In this document: positions 1 through 8,499 of the stretch, piece by piece | Layout: each line of letters opens with the position of its first letter | Numbering within the stretch: the first letter of the stretch is position 1 | Sequence record: OQ992557.1 | DNA length: 61,365 nt | Direction: 5' to 3' (one strand) | Source: Pseudomonas phage Chuck | The notes under the pieces: model-generated | The model's input: only the letters and a program-made list of their open reading frames with translations | Database searches by the model: none | What the model was told of the DNA's origin: nothing | Translations under genes and position numbers: made by a program

Positions 1-976
1 GGCCGGTGTGCTCCACGTAGTAGAACCGGCCCGCCGGGTCCGGGTTGTACAGCACCTTGTTCGGCCCGACCACCACCGGGTCCGAGTCCTCCCCGGACGC
101 CCCCGAGCAGGCGAGGATCGGGAAGCGGGAGACGGTGAGGATGTGGCGTTGGTCGGAAGCGGACTGCCAGTGCGCCACGTTGAGGTGAGCCAGGTCCAGG
201 AGCGGGGGCTTGCCCATCATGAAGCCTTGGCGGTCCGCGTAGAAGGTGACCAGCGGGATGTAGCTCAACCCCGTCGCCCACTCATCCGCCAGCGCCCACT
301 CCTCCTTCTGGGCGTTGGACTTCTTCACCGGCTCCCAGAGCTGGACAAGGCCCGGCTCCAGGACGCGGATGCGGCGCTTGCAGACCTCCGCGAAGCCGTC
401 CTGCTCCATGTAGTGTTCGATGATGCGGACGTGCTGGAGGACTTCGACCCCGTTGATCACCTCCGACCGGGCGAACAGCAGGCACTCCGGCTTGATCATC
501 ACCCAGTACGGGCGCAGGCCCTCCCGGCGGTCATCCGCCAGGGTCCGGGGTTGGCCGTCCTCCCGCGGAGCCGGGCGGGGCATGTCGATGAGGACGTGGC
601 AGAGGGCCTTGGCCATGCCTTCGCGGAACCACTGACGGGCGAACACGTCCAGGTTGTTCCCCTGGAGGTCCACGTCAGTCAGGATCGTCTCCTCAATCGC
701 CTTGGGTACGTCCTCGTTGAGCTTGATCGGCTCGCTGAAGGGCTTGCCGCTCAGGGTGTCCAGCGTCTGTTCGACCATGTTGAGGAGGACGGCGGAGGCC
801 AGGCGCTCCTGATAGCCCTTGTCCGTCTCCTCCTGGTGGCGGGGCAGGTACGTCTCGCCCGCCTCGCGCATTGCTTCGGTCCCGCCCAGCAGCGTCTCGA
901 TGACGTGCCAGCGCGGGAGCATCTGGTCATACGCCCCGCTGGTCGTGGCGGGGCTCTTTGGGTCTTTGTCGGCCAT
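1..976 (-). CDS. portal protein, N-terminal about 325 codons; the ORF runs off the window start and resumes in frame at 61365 (circular junction)
   Basis: ATG at about 976 preceded by GGAGAA RBS. My translation MADKDPKSPATTSGAYDQMLPRWHVIETLLGG... stays open down to position 1. It lies immediately downstream of the terminase large subunit. One dangling nucleotide here plus two at 61365-61364 rebuild a Pro codon. Confidence 0.75.
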   Translation of the reverse strand, partial: MADKDPKSPATTSGAYDQMLPRWHVIETLLGGTEAMREAGETYLPRHQEETDKGYQERLASAVLLNMVEQTLDTLSGKPFSEPIKLNEDVPKAIEETILTDVDLQGNNLDVFARQWFREGMAKALCHVLIDMPRPAPREDGQPRTLADDRREGLRPYWVMIKPECLLFARSEVINGVEVLQHVRIIEHYMEQDGFAEVCKRRIRVLEPGLVQLWEPVKKSNAQKEEWALADEWATGLSYIPLVTFYADRQGFMMGKPPLLDLAHLNVAHWQSASDQRHILTVSRFPILACSGASGEDSDPVVVGPNKVLYNPDPAGRFYYVEHTG

Positions 977-1033
977 GGTCGGTTCTCCTGGTTCGCGGAT
1001 TCTCGCCCGAAGGCGAGGACCCGGCAAGTTGTA

Positions 1034-2581
1034 TTACATGTTGCCCTGCTTGACGCCACGCAGCTTCTTGCGCACGCGGTAGCGGATCGCGTCACCAATG
1101 TGGTCCTCCGCCTCCGTGTTCACGTCATCCAGGTCCTTGTCGTCGCGGGGCAGCACAGGGACCGTCTCGATGGTCTGCTGACACCAGTCGAAGATGAACA
1201 GCCCAGGGACCTCGCGCGGTCCCCCGCCCGCCGGAGGCAACGCCCCCTTGAGCAGCTTGCGGATTTGCTCCCAGCCCTGCTTGCGCGAGCCTGGGCCCTT
1301 GTCCGCGGGCGTCCAGCGCACGCCCTTCTTCTCCATGTCCACGGCGATGCTGTTGCCGTTCTCCACGTCGAAGATGGAGGAGTCAGCGGGGCCGGGCTTG
1401 ACCCGACCTTCCAGCGCCCAGTCCTCCTCCCGGTCCTTCACCCCTTGGGCGACTTCGGAGGCGAGCATGCGGACGCCCTCGTTGCGCGTTCCGTTCCAGC
1501 CGTACCACTCCTGGATCAGGTACAGATCGCCCCGCACCTTCCCGTACACGCGGCCATTCCACTCGAACGGCTCCCCATTCGACTCCGCCCACCACAGGAC
1601 GGCGAAGGGCTTGGAGCTGCCCCAGTCGAAGCTGCGGTCAATCTTCCACCGCTTCGGGATCACCGACAGCGGGACGGAGGGCACCACGTGTACGTCCCCG
1701 CGGTAGATGTCGTCAAACATCCCTCCCGCGATGATGTCCCAGGAGCCGTGGAGCCAGGCGGCGAGTTCGGAGGGGTTCCGGGCCGCGGCTCGAATCTTGC
1801 TGATGTACTCCGGGTCAGCGTGGAGCAGGATTTGGTTCTCATAGATGGACCCGTGGATGGCGACCCGGGGCGGTTCGCGCTCGCCGTCTCGCATCGCGTC
1901 CAGGATCACCCGACCGCGCATGTGGGGGAGGCGGAAGCGGGCCTTGACCCAGTTGTGGCCGGGGCCGTAGGGGTTGGTGGTCGCCCGGTAGCAGCGGGGC
2001 ATCCCCGGCTTCGTGGAGCGGCAGCAGGACATCATGACGGTGTAGCACTTGTCATCGGCCCAGTTGCAGAGTTCTTCCCAGCCAATCCACGGATAGGCGT
2101 GGCCGTGGTAGTTCCAATAATCCTCCGGCGACTTCATGTGACGCAGCAGCAGCTCCTCGCCGTCCGGGAAGGTCCACTTGTGCTCCACCTTGTTGTACTT
2201 GGCCCCCGGGAAGATGCGCTTGAACCACTTGTTGGTCTTGTTGATCACGTCCGACAGCTGGGGGTAGGTCTGACGGAACAGGATGCCCCGCCACTCCGAC
2301 CCGTAGCCCTTCCCCACGTGCTGGAGGAAGTCCATCAGCAGGCAGTCGGTCTTGCCTGGGCCGCGCGTCCCCTCATACAGCACCTCGAAGATCGGGTGCG
2401 CCATGAGGAAGGCGAGCTGCGACCCGTACTGCGGGCACCAGGTCGCCTCCGACTCCTTCCCCGTCTCCGGGTCCACGTAGTAGCCCCGCAGCTCGCCGGG
2501 CTCCGCCTCGCGCCACTCAATCGGGTAGTCCGGGCGGGCGGCGACGGCGACCGCCTTGCTCACTTCGGTCTGGGCGAACAT
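1034..2581 (-). CDS. terminase large subunit
   Basis: 515 aa with Walker A GTRGPGKTD and a C-terminal nuclease-like region. ATG overlaps the upstream stop (TGATG). Canonical TerS-TerL-portal order. Confidence 0.9.
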   Translation of the reverse strand: MFAQTEVSKAVAVAARPDYPIEWREAEPGELRGYYVDPETGKESEATWCPQYGSQLAFLMAHPIFEVLYEGTRGPGKTDCLLMDFLQHVGKGYGSEWRGILFRQTYPQLSDVINKTNKWFKRIFPGAKYNKVEHKWTFPDGEELLLRHMKSPEDYWNYHGHAYPWIGWEELCNWADDKCYTVMMSCCRSTKPGMPRCYRATTNPYGPGHNWVKARFRLPHMRGRVILDAMRDGEREPPRVAIHGSIYENQILLHADPEYISKIRAAARNPSELAAWLHGSWDIIAGGMFDDIYRGDVHVVPSVPLSVIPKRWKIDRSFDWGSSKPFAVLWWAESNGEPFEWNGRVYGKVRGDLYLIQEWYGWNGTRNEGVRMLASEVAQGVKDREEDWALEGRVKPGPADSSIFDVENGNSIAVDMEKKGVRWTPADKGPGSRKQGWEQIRKLLKGALPPAGGGPREVPGLFIFDWCQQTIETVPVLPRDDKDLDDVNTEAEDHIGDAIRYRVRKKLRGVKQGNM

Positions 2582-3108
2582 CAGCTGCCCTCCCCGGTCG
2601 GACGGCCCACGGTCCCGCGGGCGAGGTCCCCAAACTGGTTCTGCCAGTCGTTGATCGTGGCCGGAGCCCCCGGGACGATCAGCACCCCGCCGGTGCCCGA
2701 GGCGGTCATGCTGGCCGCGTCCTTCCCGTCCTTGAACTCCGCACGGTGGGCGCGGAGCATCATGGCCATCAGCGAATCGCTGTACACCCGCTCATAGGTG
2801 ATGATTTCGTCCTTGAACTTCCCGCCGATGATCGGGCGCTCCACGCCGTCCCGCGCCCGCTTCAGGGCCGCGCTGAACAAGTGCTCGTCAATCCACGCTT
2901 GGCGGGCGTCCTCCAGAGCCTGGGCAAACTCCGGGTCATTCTTGACATGATAGTCGATGGTGGAGCCGGAGACGCCCACGGCCTCCGCGCATAGGTACTT
3001 CCGCCCACCCAGGTCGGGATGCGTGCGGAACAACTCCAGGTACTGCTCCTTGCGGTCCGAGGTGAATGGCACCATCGGCTTCGGCTTCAGTTTCTCAATC
3101 GGGTGCAT
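2581..3108 (-). CDS. terminase small subunit (putative)
   Basis: 175 aa from ATG at 3108 (MHPIEKL...) with a GGGGGAG RBS; the track's longer ORF starts at a TTG. Position is immediately upstream of and coupled to the large subunit gene. It is preceded by a sigma70-like promoter. Confidence 0.65.
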   Translation of the reverse strand: MHPIEKLKPKPMVPFTSDRKEQYLELFRTHPDLGGRKYLCAEAVGVSGSTIDYHVKNDPEFAQALEDARQAWIDEHLFSAALKRARDGVERPIIGGKFKDEIITYERVYSDSLMAMMLRAHRAEFKDGKDAASMTASGTGGVLIVPGAPATINDWQNQFGDLARGTVGRPTGEGS

Positions 3109-3198
3109 CACGCTCCCCCTTCGGTGTGTACTGTTCGTCAATCGCGCATCACGCGGCGATCCGTCCCCGGCCTCACGCCCAAGGACATCCTCGCCGCG

Positions 3199-3227
3199 AG
3201 TATAGCGTGAGCTTGTACAATAGCCAA
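3199..3227 (-). promoter_or_regulatory. sigma70-like promoter upstream of terS (minus strand TTGGCT-17-TATACT)
   Basis: Plus-strand agtata at about 3199-3204 and agccaa at about 3222-3227. The -10 is identical to the hexamer of the conserved early promoter family. Confidence 0.5.
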
Positions 3228-3299
3228 GGGTGGGTCGCGCTCGCCCGCGGGGGAGACACGAGGAGCGTGTGGCAGCGGATTGCCCAAGCAGGCACGCGG

Positions 3300-3774
3300 C
3301 GTCCTCCGCTTAGGTTCGAGGGGTCGCGCTTCACTTCCACGTCCGAAAAAGTAAAAAGTCAAGCGGGCAAAAAGTCCATATAAAACAGCCCTTTATATAT
3401 TCTTCTTCTTCTTCTTCTTAACTTACTTAACTTACTTACCTTAGCCCCCTGGGAGCCCTTCGGACAGCCGGAAGCCTCAACAAGGATTCTCTTGGGCCGG
3501 TCCGCCGGGTCGATTTGTCGGGCGAATTTATTTCAGGTAAGAATCCCAAGTAACCTAAGCGCAAGGTGCGGGAACCCCAGACGGGCTTGACTTCCCGCCA
3601 CGCCTTGCTTCATACTTTTTCGGAGCCGAACCCAAGCGCACTCCCGTAACCCAAGCGCACCCGGTCGAAGTGGAGAAGGGGGAGGGTGCCCCGCCGGTTT
3701 TCCCGCAGCCTTGAGCCTCGTGAGGTAAATTCGGCACCATTGCCGCCCGGCGGGGCATTGATCGTGAGGGGTGG
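3300..3774. repeat. AT-rich intergenic island A: (TA)n-(TTC)6-(TTAACTTAC)2 simple repeats at about 3391-3444 plus at least four CCYAAGCGCA iteron-like motifs in both orientations
   Basis: About 665 bp non-coding between terS and the last early gene. Blocks are homologous to island B (38500-38867), for example TGCGCTTAGGTTACTT, TTCGCCCGAYAAATCG and GGGGGCTAAGGTAAGTAAGTTAAGTAAGTTAAGAAG. Confidence 0.8.
3587..3701 (+). ncRNA. candidate small plus-strand transcript (promoter TTGACT-18-CATACT at 3587-3616, CCGG/GGGG-CCCC hairpin plus TTTT at about 3661-3701)
   Basis: The only convincing plus-strand promoter-terminator pair I found. The roughly 75-nt product would carry two CCCAAGCGCAC motifs. It is an inference from sequence only. 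Confidence 0.2.
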
Positions 3775-3993
3775 TCAGGCCCGCTTCCCTCGTTGAAGGA
3801 ACCAGTCCAAGGCGGCGCAGATCGCGGGGTTGTCCCACCACTCGTCAATCATGCGGCGTGCCGCCCGGTCGCGGAAGAAGGTTGGCCCGCAGTAGTTGTG
3901 CCACTCCATGAACACGCAGGAGCCGTCCGCGAGGCGGAGCCGGAAGAAGGGCGACAGGCAGACGATGCCGCCCGGGATGCGCACGCAGGTCAT
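3775..3993 (-). CDS. hypothetical protein (72 aa, Cys-containing)
   Basis: ATG at 3993 with GGAGGA RBS, overlapping the upstream stop (ATGA). High GC at third codon positions. Confidence 0.55.
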   Translation of the reverse strand: MTCVRIPGGIVCLSPFFRLRLADGSCVFMEWHNYCGPTFFRDRAARRMIDEWWDNPAICAALDWFLQRGKRA

Positions 3994-4244
3994 CGCCGGT
4001 CCTCCATGTAGTCGAACACGGCCTGGTCGATGCGTTCGCGCTCCGCCTCCGTCATCTTGCGCTCCAGCCAGGGGGCGGGGCGTCCGCGGCGGTCGCGGAC
4101 TTCCCATTCACCGCATCCGCCTTCCGCCGGGTAGCAGTATTCAGGCGGGCCGCTGACCTTCGCGGGCACGTAGGGTTCCCAGTAGGTGACCACGATGAGG
4201 CAGGGGATGCCCGCCACGCGGTCCTCGAACTCAGCCAGCGACAT
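3990..4244 (-). CDS. hypothetical protein (84 aa)
   Basis: ATG with GGAGGTG RBS; part of a compact operon of small early genes. Confidence 0.55.
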   Translation of the reverse strand: MSLAEFEDRVAGIPCLIVVTYWEPYVPAKVSGPPEYCYPAEGGCGEWEVRDRRGRPAPWLERKMTEAERERIDQAVFDYMEDRR

Positions 4245-4247
4245 AGT

Positions 4248-4436
4248 TCACCTCCCCGGGATCGCCGGGAGCCGGACCCAGTGATCAGTCCCGGCTTCGT
4301 TGTCGCAGAGTCGCCACAGCGTGCCGTCCTCGCACTCGACAACCACTTGGCGGACCAGGTAGCCGTCGCGGGTCGTGCCCACGGAGGAGGTCATGGACCG
4401 CACGCGGCGGTCGGGCGGGGTGTTGGGCGTGTTCAT
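4248..4436 (-). CDS. hypothetical protein (62 aa)
   Basis: ATG with GGAGGAGGA RBS. Confidence 0.5.
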   Translation of the reverse strand: MNTPNTPPDRRVRSMTSSVGTTRDGYLVRQVVVECEDGTLWRLCDNEAGTDHWVRLPAIPGR

Positions 4437-4762
4437 GCGTCCTCCTCCGGCGGGTTCCCGCCTTCCGTCCCGTCGCAGAAGGTACAGCGGTCAGGACCCA
4501 GCGTGCTTTGTTGAAAGCCGGTCGCCTCGCAGGTCGGGCAGGTCCGGTTCTCCTCGAAGTCCTCCGCCGGGAAGGCGTGCCAGCCGTAGCCCAGGGCGTC
4601 CGCGGGCGGGCCTTCGGGCTTCTCCGCCGGGATCGGGTCGCCGCTCCGGGTCAGGCTCCAGTCATCGAACTGCGCCACGACATGATCGTGGGTCGCCTCG
4701 CGCAGCAGCGCGGTCTTGCCGATCAGGTGCGGGATCGGGCCGCGGTAGATTCCCCGCTTCAT
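4433..4762 (-). CDS. hypothetical zinc-ribbon protein (109 aa)
   Basis: C-terminal CPTC...CTFC pairs; AAGGAGAAG RBS. Confidence 0.55.
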   Translation of the reverse strand: MKRGIYRGPIPHLIGKTALLREATHDHVVAQFDDWSLTRSGDPIPAEKPEGPPADALGYGWHAFPAEDFEENRTCPTCEATGFQQSTLGPDRCTFCDGTEGGNPPEEDA

Positions 4763-5061
4763 GCGCGCTTCTCCTTCTTGGGTCTTGGTTTCGACTTCGG
4801 CACCACGCGGGCGGAGCCGTTCTTGTAGGTCGTCACGCGGCAGAGGTCCAACGTGGCGGCGGGCACGTACCGGCGCAGCAGGGCCGCGTCGAAGCGGGAG
4901 GAGTAGCCCCGCCCGGCGACGTACAGGGCCAGGCGGTCGCCTTCCGTCCGTCCGGGAGCGAACTGTTGGGCGATCTTCGCCCGGCGGTCCTTCAGCCGCT
5001 TCATCTGCTCGCCCAGGTCGATGAACTCCTGGATCAGGGCGTCAGCCTTCGCGGGGGTCAT
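4759..5061 (-). CDS. hypothetical protein (100 aa, basic C-terminus)
   Basis: ATG at 5061 (MTPAKADALIQEF...) with AAGGAGGG RBS; the longer track ORF is a GC artefact. Confidence 0.5.
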   Translation of the reverse strand: MTPAKADALIQEFIDLGEQMKRLKDRRAKIAQQFAPGRTEGDRLALYVAGRGYSSRFDAALLRRYVPAATLDLCRVTTYKNGSARVVPKSKPRPKKEKRA

Positions 5062-5456
5062 GCTCCGCCCTCCTTCGCCCAGGGGCAGTTCGGGGCCGTG
5101 TGGCCTTCTCCTCCGCACAGGGCGCAAGCCTTCAGGGCCGCGCGGACTTCGCCCGGGACCTCGTTGAGCAGCTGGATCGCGTTGGCGTCCAGGGCGCTCG
5201 CGCCCCAGTTGAACTTCGGCAGGGCCTCCTCGAATAGGCGAGCGGCCCGGGCGAGGGTCGCCTGGGCGTCCGCCGGTCCGGGAATCTCCAGGAAGTGACG
5301 GAAGATGTCCGCGGCGAGGCGGGCCGCTCCTTCCCGAGTCACTTGGACATAGCCGTGGTCACTCGTTATCTGGAGGCAGTAGCCCCGGGCGTCTCCGCCA
5401 TAGAACCCGGTCAGCTGGTAGCTTTCCCGGGGGCGGTTGATCAGTTCGGTGCTCAT
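5058..5456 (-). CDS. hypothetical protein with C-terminal CCHC zinc knuckle (132 aa)
   Basis: CALCGGEGHTAPNCP motif. Confidence 0.55.
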   Translation of the reverse strand: MSTELINRPRESYQLTGFYGGDARGYCLQITSDHGYVQVTREGAARLAADIFRHFLEIPGPADAQATLARAARLFEEALPKFNWGASALDANAIQLLNEVPGEVRAALKACALCGGEGHTAPNCPWAKEGGA

Positions 5457-5665
5457 CCTTCACCTCCCGGGGCGTTGCTCAAGGCTTCGTCCAGCTCGCG
5501 GCGGTCGATGGTCACCCCGACCTCCTCCAGCATGTCCGCGGCGAGTTCGAGGAGGGACGCCCGGGCGCGGGCTTCCGATCCGCCCAGGGGGTCGTTCACG
5601 TGTTCCGCGCAGTCGCGGAGGTCGTTGAGGGTGTTCTCCCAACGACAGTAGCTCATGTTGGCCAT
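5453..5665 (-). CDS. hypothetical protein (70 aa)
   Basis: ATG at 5665 (MANMSYCRW...) with AAGGAGAA RBS. Confidence 0.5.
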   Translation of the reverse strand: MANMSYCRWENTLNDLRDCAEHVNDPLGGSEARARASLLELAADMLEEVGVTIDRRELDEALSNAPGGEG

Positions 5666-5679
5666 GGTCGGGTTCTCCT

Positions 5680-6009
5680 TCAGAGGACGATCTGCTTGAC
5701 CATCGTCAGCAGGCGGTCGAAGTCGCGGGTGAAGTGGGTGATCTTCAGGCCGGACTTGTTCGGGTGGTAGCACAGGCCCTCCGGGGTCGCCATTTCAGCG
5801 TAGTGGATGGAGTGGACCTGGTTCCAGCTCAGGGTCGCCGGGTTCCAGACTTCCGCCCGGGCGAAGGACTGGAACTTGTAGCTGTCGGACTTGATCGTGA
5901 GGCGCACCTTGAAGTCGCCCAGGGACAGGACGCGGCGGGCGGTCACGTCCTGGCGACCTTGGTTGATGGTCTCCTCCAGGAGGTTGGTCTTGGGGGCGGT
6001 CTTGGTCAT
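5680..6009 (-). CDS. hypothetical protein (109 aa)
   Basis: ATG with AAGGAGCAAAACC RBS. Confidence 0.55.
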   Translation of the reverse strand: MTKTAPKTNLLEETINQGRQDVTARRVLSLGDFKVRLTIKSDSYKFQSFARAEVWNPATLSWNQVHSIHYAEMATPEGLCYHPNKSGLKITHFTRDFDRLLTMVKQIVL

Positions 6010-6066
6010 GGTTTTGCTCCTTTTCTGGGAAGTTCGGGGCGGATCGGCTCCGCCCCGAGGGGTTGG

Positions 6067-6480
6067 TCAGTCGATGGCGGCGATGATTTCCTCAGCCTCC
6101 GGGTGGTCGAAGGCGAAGTCACGCAGCTTGTAGAACAGGTCCACGTAGTCCTGGCGCTGCGGGTACTTCCAGCAGAGGGCGTTGAACACGAACAGGCAGG
6201 TGATCAGGCCCGCGGCGTCTCCGCTGACCTCGCCCGAGTAGCCGTTGGTGTCCACGGTCAGTCGCAGCTTCCGGTCGGTGATCGCGGGGGCCAGGTACAT
6301 CGCACCGTTGGACAGCTGGTACATGAACCAGTACCCGCCGTTGTAGTCCTCCGGGGCCATCTTCTGGAGGTGGTCATACAGGGCCATTTCGACCCGGAGG
6401 AAGTCCGCCCCGAAGTGGGCCGGGAGGACTTGGAGGCGCTGGTCATCGTTGTCGATGCGGGTTGCGGTGATCTTGGTCAT
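6067..6480 (-). CDS. ArdB/KlcA-like anti-restriction protein (putative)
   Basis: 137 aa from ATG 6480 (MTKITATRIDNDD...). The motif EDYNGGYWFMYQLSNGAMYLAP resembles the KlcA/ArdB signature. It is the first gene after conserved promoter P1. Confidence 0.45.
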   Translation of the reverse strand: MTKITATRIDNDDQRLQVLPAHFGADFLRVEMALYDHLQKMAPEDYNGGYWFMYQLSNGAMYLAPAITDRKLRLTVDTNGYSGEVSGDAAGLITCLFVFNALCWKYPQRQDYVDLFYKLRDFAFDHPEAEEIIAAID

Positions 6481-6513
6481 GTTGAGTTCTCCATTTCTGA
6501 TTGAGGTGAAGAA

Positions 6514-6543
6514 AGTATAGTGACGGGACCCGAAGAAGTAAAG
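6514..6543 (-). promoter_or_regulatory. conserved early promoter P1 (minus strand CTTTACTTCTTCGG-N8-CACTATACTTTCTTCAC; -35 TTTACT, 17-nt spacer, -10 TATACT)
   Basis: Plus-strand gtgaagaaagtatagtg...ccgaagaagtaaag. One of eight near-identical copies. Confidence 0.7.
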
Positions 6544-6559
6544 CCCCGCCGGTTGTCGG

Positions 6560-7444
6560 TCAGTCCTCCAGCACCGCGATCCGCTGGACAACGGTTTGGG
6601 CCTGGCCGCGGTACTCCGCGTGCTCCTTCACTGTGGCCTTGATCTTCAGCTCCTCGCCCTCCTCCGCGTAGAAGGCCCCGGACTTCGACACGAGGCAGGC
6701 CCCGGTCGCGCGGTCGATCATCGTGATGATGTGGACCGTCTCGATGCCGTAGCCGTTCCAGGCGTCACGGGCGAAGGTGTAGCGGCGCACCACGGTCACG
6801 TCGAAGGTCATGCGCTTCTTCGGCTCGCCCACGTACAGGTCGGGCTTCGGCTTCGGCAGGGCGAGGTGAGGGACCCGGCGGGCGACCTCCTGGGCGGTCA
6901 GGCGCATCAGGCCCCCTTCCTCGAAGTCCGGGAGGGTGTCGATCAACCAGCTGATGTAGCCCCGCGGGGCCTCGTGGAACTCCTTGCCCGCGTAGGGTCC
7001 GAAGGCGAACTTGCCGCCCAGGATGGTCTGGCGCTTCTCCTCCTCCTCCGCGGCCCGTTCCGCGGCCCAGCGGTCCTCGCGCTCCTTCCGCTCGCGCTCC
7101 CGGCGCTCCAGCTCCGCGGCGTTGGCGCGGTGAATCGCGTTCATTTCCTCGCGCAGGGAGTCGCGGGAGGTCGTGAGCTTCAGGCCCATGCGCTCAGAGG
7201 CTTCCTGGGCCTTCTCGAAGGCTTCGTCAGGGTCCTGGCTCAGGTTCTTCACGTGGTAGCTGCGGACCTCGAAGGAGCCCTGATACACGCCATTCACCAC
7301 GGCGTTGCCCATGGGGCCAGGACCCGGGACGGCCTTCAGCTCCGTCTCGCGGAGGGTGAAGAAGCAGCCCAGCTCCCCGACTCCGATGAACAGGGTGGGG
7401 ACGAAGGTGGAGGGGTTCAGGGTGCGGTTGTGGATGTTGTACAT
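6560..7444 (-). CDS. hypothetical protein (294 aa, central acidic coiled coil)
   Basis: ATG with AAGGAGCC RBS sitting 24 nt downstream of hairpin H1. Confidence 0.6.
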   Translation of the reverse strand: MYNIHNRTLNPSTFVPTLFIGVGELGCFFTLRETELKAVPGPGPMGNAVVNGVYQGSFEVRSYHVKNLSQDPDEAFEKAQEASERMGLKLTTSRDSLREEMNAIHRANAAELERRERERKEREDRWAAERAAEEEEKRQTILGGKFAFGPYAGKEFHEAPRGYISWLIDTLPDFEEGGLMRLTAQEVARRVPHLALPKPKPDLYVGEPKKRMTFDVTVVRRYTFARDAWNGYGIETVHIITMIDRATGACLVSKSGAFYAEEGEELKIKATVKEHAEYRGQAQTVVQRIAVLED

Positions 7445-7467
7445 GACGGGGCTCCTTTTCTTGGGTG

Positions 7468-7487
7468 GGGGAGGGCCTGAGCCCTCC
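7468..7487 (-). terminator. GC hairpin H1 (GGGAGGGC-CTGA-GCCCTCCC), terminator or attenuator-like, no U-tract
   Basis: Perfect 8-bp stem between the stop of 7496-7759 and the start of 6560-7444; a member of a reused hairpin family. Confidence 0.4.
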
Positions 7488-7495
7488 CGTGTCGA

Positions 7496-7759
7496 TCACA
7501 GCTGGCCGAACTTCCAGAGGGTCTGGCGACCTCCGCGAGGTCCGAAGCCGATCAGCTCCAGGGTGCCGTCCGCGCGGAGGACCATCATGTTGATCCGGCG
7601 AATCGCGCGGTCACCGGCGAAGGCCCGTGCGGCGCTGGTCTTGGCCTGCTGGAGGGTCGGCAGCTTCATGCGGTTCTGGACATCGCCCAGCGAGGCGAGC
7701 TGTTCCATGTCGATCAGTTCGCGGGCCGCGTGGGTCTGGGGCGGGAGGATCAGGCTCAT
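7496..7759 (-). CDS. hypothetical protein (87 aa)
   Basis: ATG 7759 preceded by the conserved leader AAATGGAGAAC; first gene after promoter P2. Confidence 0.55.
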   Translation of the reverse strand: MSLILPPQTHAARELIDMEQLASLGDVQNRMKLPTLQQAKTSAARAFAGDRAIRRINMMVLRADGTLELIGFGPRGGRQTLWKFGQL

Positions 7760-7798
7760 TTCAGTTCTCCATTTCTACAAGTTGTTCAACGTGAAGAA

Positions 7799-7828
7799 AG
7801 TATAGTGCCAATCACCCGAAGAAGTAAA
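7799..7828 (-). promoter_or_regulatory. conserved early promoter P2 (TTTACT-18-TATACT)
   Basis: Same 40-bp element as P1; sits directly downstream of hairpin H2. Confidence 0.7.
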
Positions 7829-7862
7829 GCCCCCTCAGACAACTTTTTTCGACCCGCGAGGA

Positions 7863-7882
7863 GGGAGGGCCGGAGCCCTCCC
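7863..7882 (-). terminator. GC hairpin H2 (GGGAGGGC-CGGA-GCCCTCCC)
   Basis: Identical 20-mer to H3 at 51439; placed 3' of gene 7891-8499 and 5' of P2. Confidence 0.4.
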
Positions 7883-7890
7883 GCTTCGTC

Positions 7891-8499
7891 TCACTTGCCT
7901 TCGGCTTCCCGGGCCTTCGCCTCAGCGGCGGCGATGATGATAGACAGCGGGGTCAGGGTGCCGTTCAGGTAGTAGAAGGCCCGGAGGAAGGTGGTGCCGT
8001 GCTGGTTGGTCACGTAGTGGACGTTGGCGTGGACCGGGAGCCCACCGAAGATGTCGTGGAGGCGGAGGGCGTTGTTGTACTGCTCCTGGCGCAGCTCCAT
8101 CAGGTCGCGGATGGACTTGGTCACGGCTTCGATCTTGGCGGTGTCGCTGGCGCGTTCGACCTTCACCACCGGGGCGGCCTTCACGGCGGCGCGGAAGGTC
8201 ACCAGGGCTTCGATCTGGGCGACGGTCGCGGCGGTCTGCGGGAACACGCGGAGGGCGAGGGCGGAGTGCTTGGCCTTCCAGTTGTGGGGGTAGTCGGCCA
8301 GGTTCCAGTACACGTCATCATGATCCGCTGTGCGGGCGTCGCGCTCGATGTCCAGGACCAGGCCGGTGATGTCGCGCTTCAGCAGCTCGAAGGCGCTGTT
8401 GAGGTCGCGGAGGGCTTCTTGTTGAGCGGCCTTGGAGGTGAAACCAGCCTCGAAGCGGGCGGTGGCGCGGTCGATGTAGAAGGAAGCGGTGCGGGCCAT
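7891..8499 (-). CDS. hypothetical protein (202 aa)
   Basis: Probable ATG at 8499 (MARTASFY...) after the GGAGAAC leader; the track's ATG at 8511 overlaps that RBS. Driven by P3. Confidence 0.55.
   Translation of the reverse strand: MARTASFYIDRATARFEAGFTSKAAQQEALRDLNSAFELLKRDITGLVLDIERDARTADHDDVYWNLADYPHNWKAKHSALALRVFPQTAATVAQIEALVTFRAAVKAAPVVKVERASDTAKIEAVTKSIRDLMELRQEQYNNALRLHDIFGGLPVHANVHYVTNQHGTTFLRAFYYLNGTLTPLSIIIAAAEAKAREAEGK

Noticed and set aside
8-2797. 929-aa plus-strand ORF, and similar long plus-strand ORFs at 17031-18698, 22693-24459, 26106-28280, 36475-38556 and 47199-50378
   Set aside because: They are antisense to well-supported minus-strand genes. They have low-complexity Arg/Gly/Pro/Val-rich translations, alternative (GTG/TTG) starts and no RBS. 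These are typical open antisense frames of a 65% GC genome.
3230-3340. Possible tRNA (GGTTCGAGG resembles a T-loop)
   Set aside because: No cloverleaf could be built: no acceptor-stem pairing, no D-arm, and the T-loop deviates from GTTCRANYC. No other tRNA-like sequence was seen in either AT-rich island.
3138-3848. Minus-strand ORFs 3138-3362, 3533-3841 and 3555-3848 inside island A
   Set aside because: Pro/Arg/Gly-rich translations without RBS lying over the AT-rich repeat island; judged non-coding.
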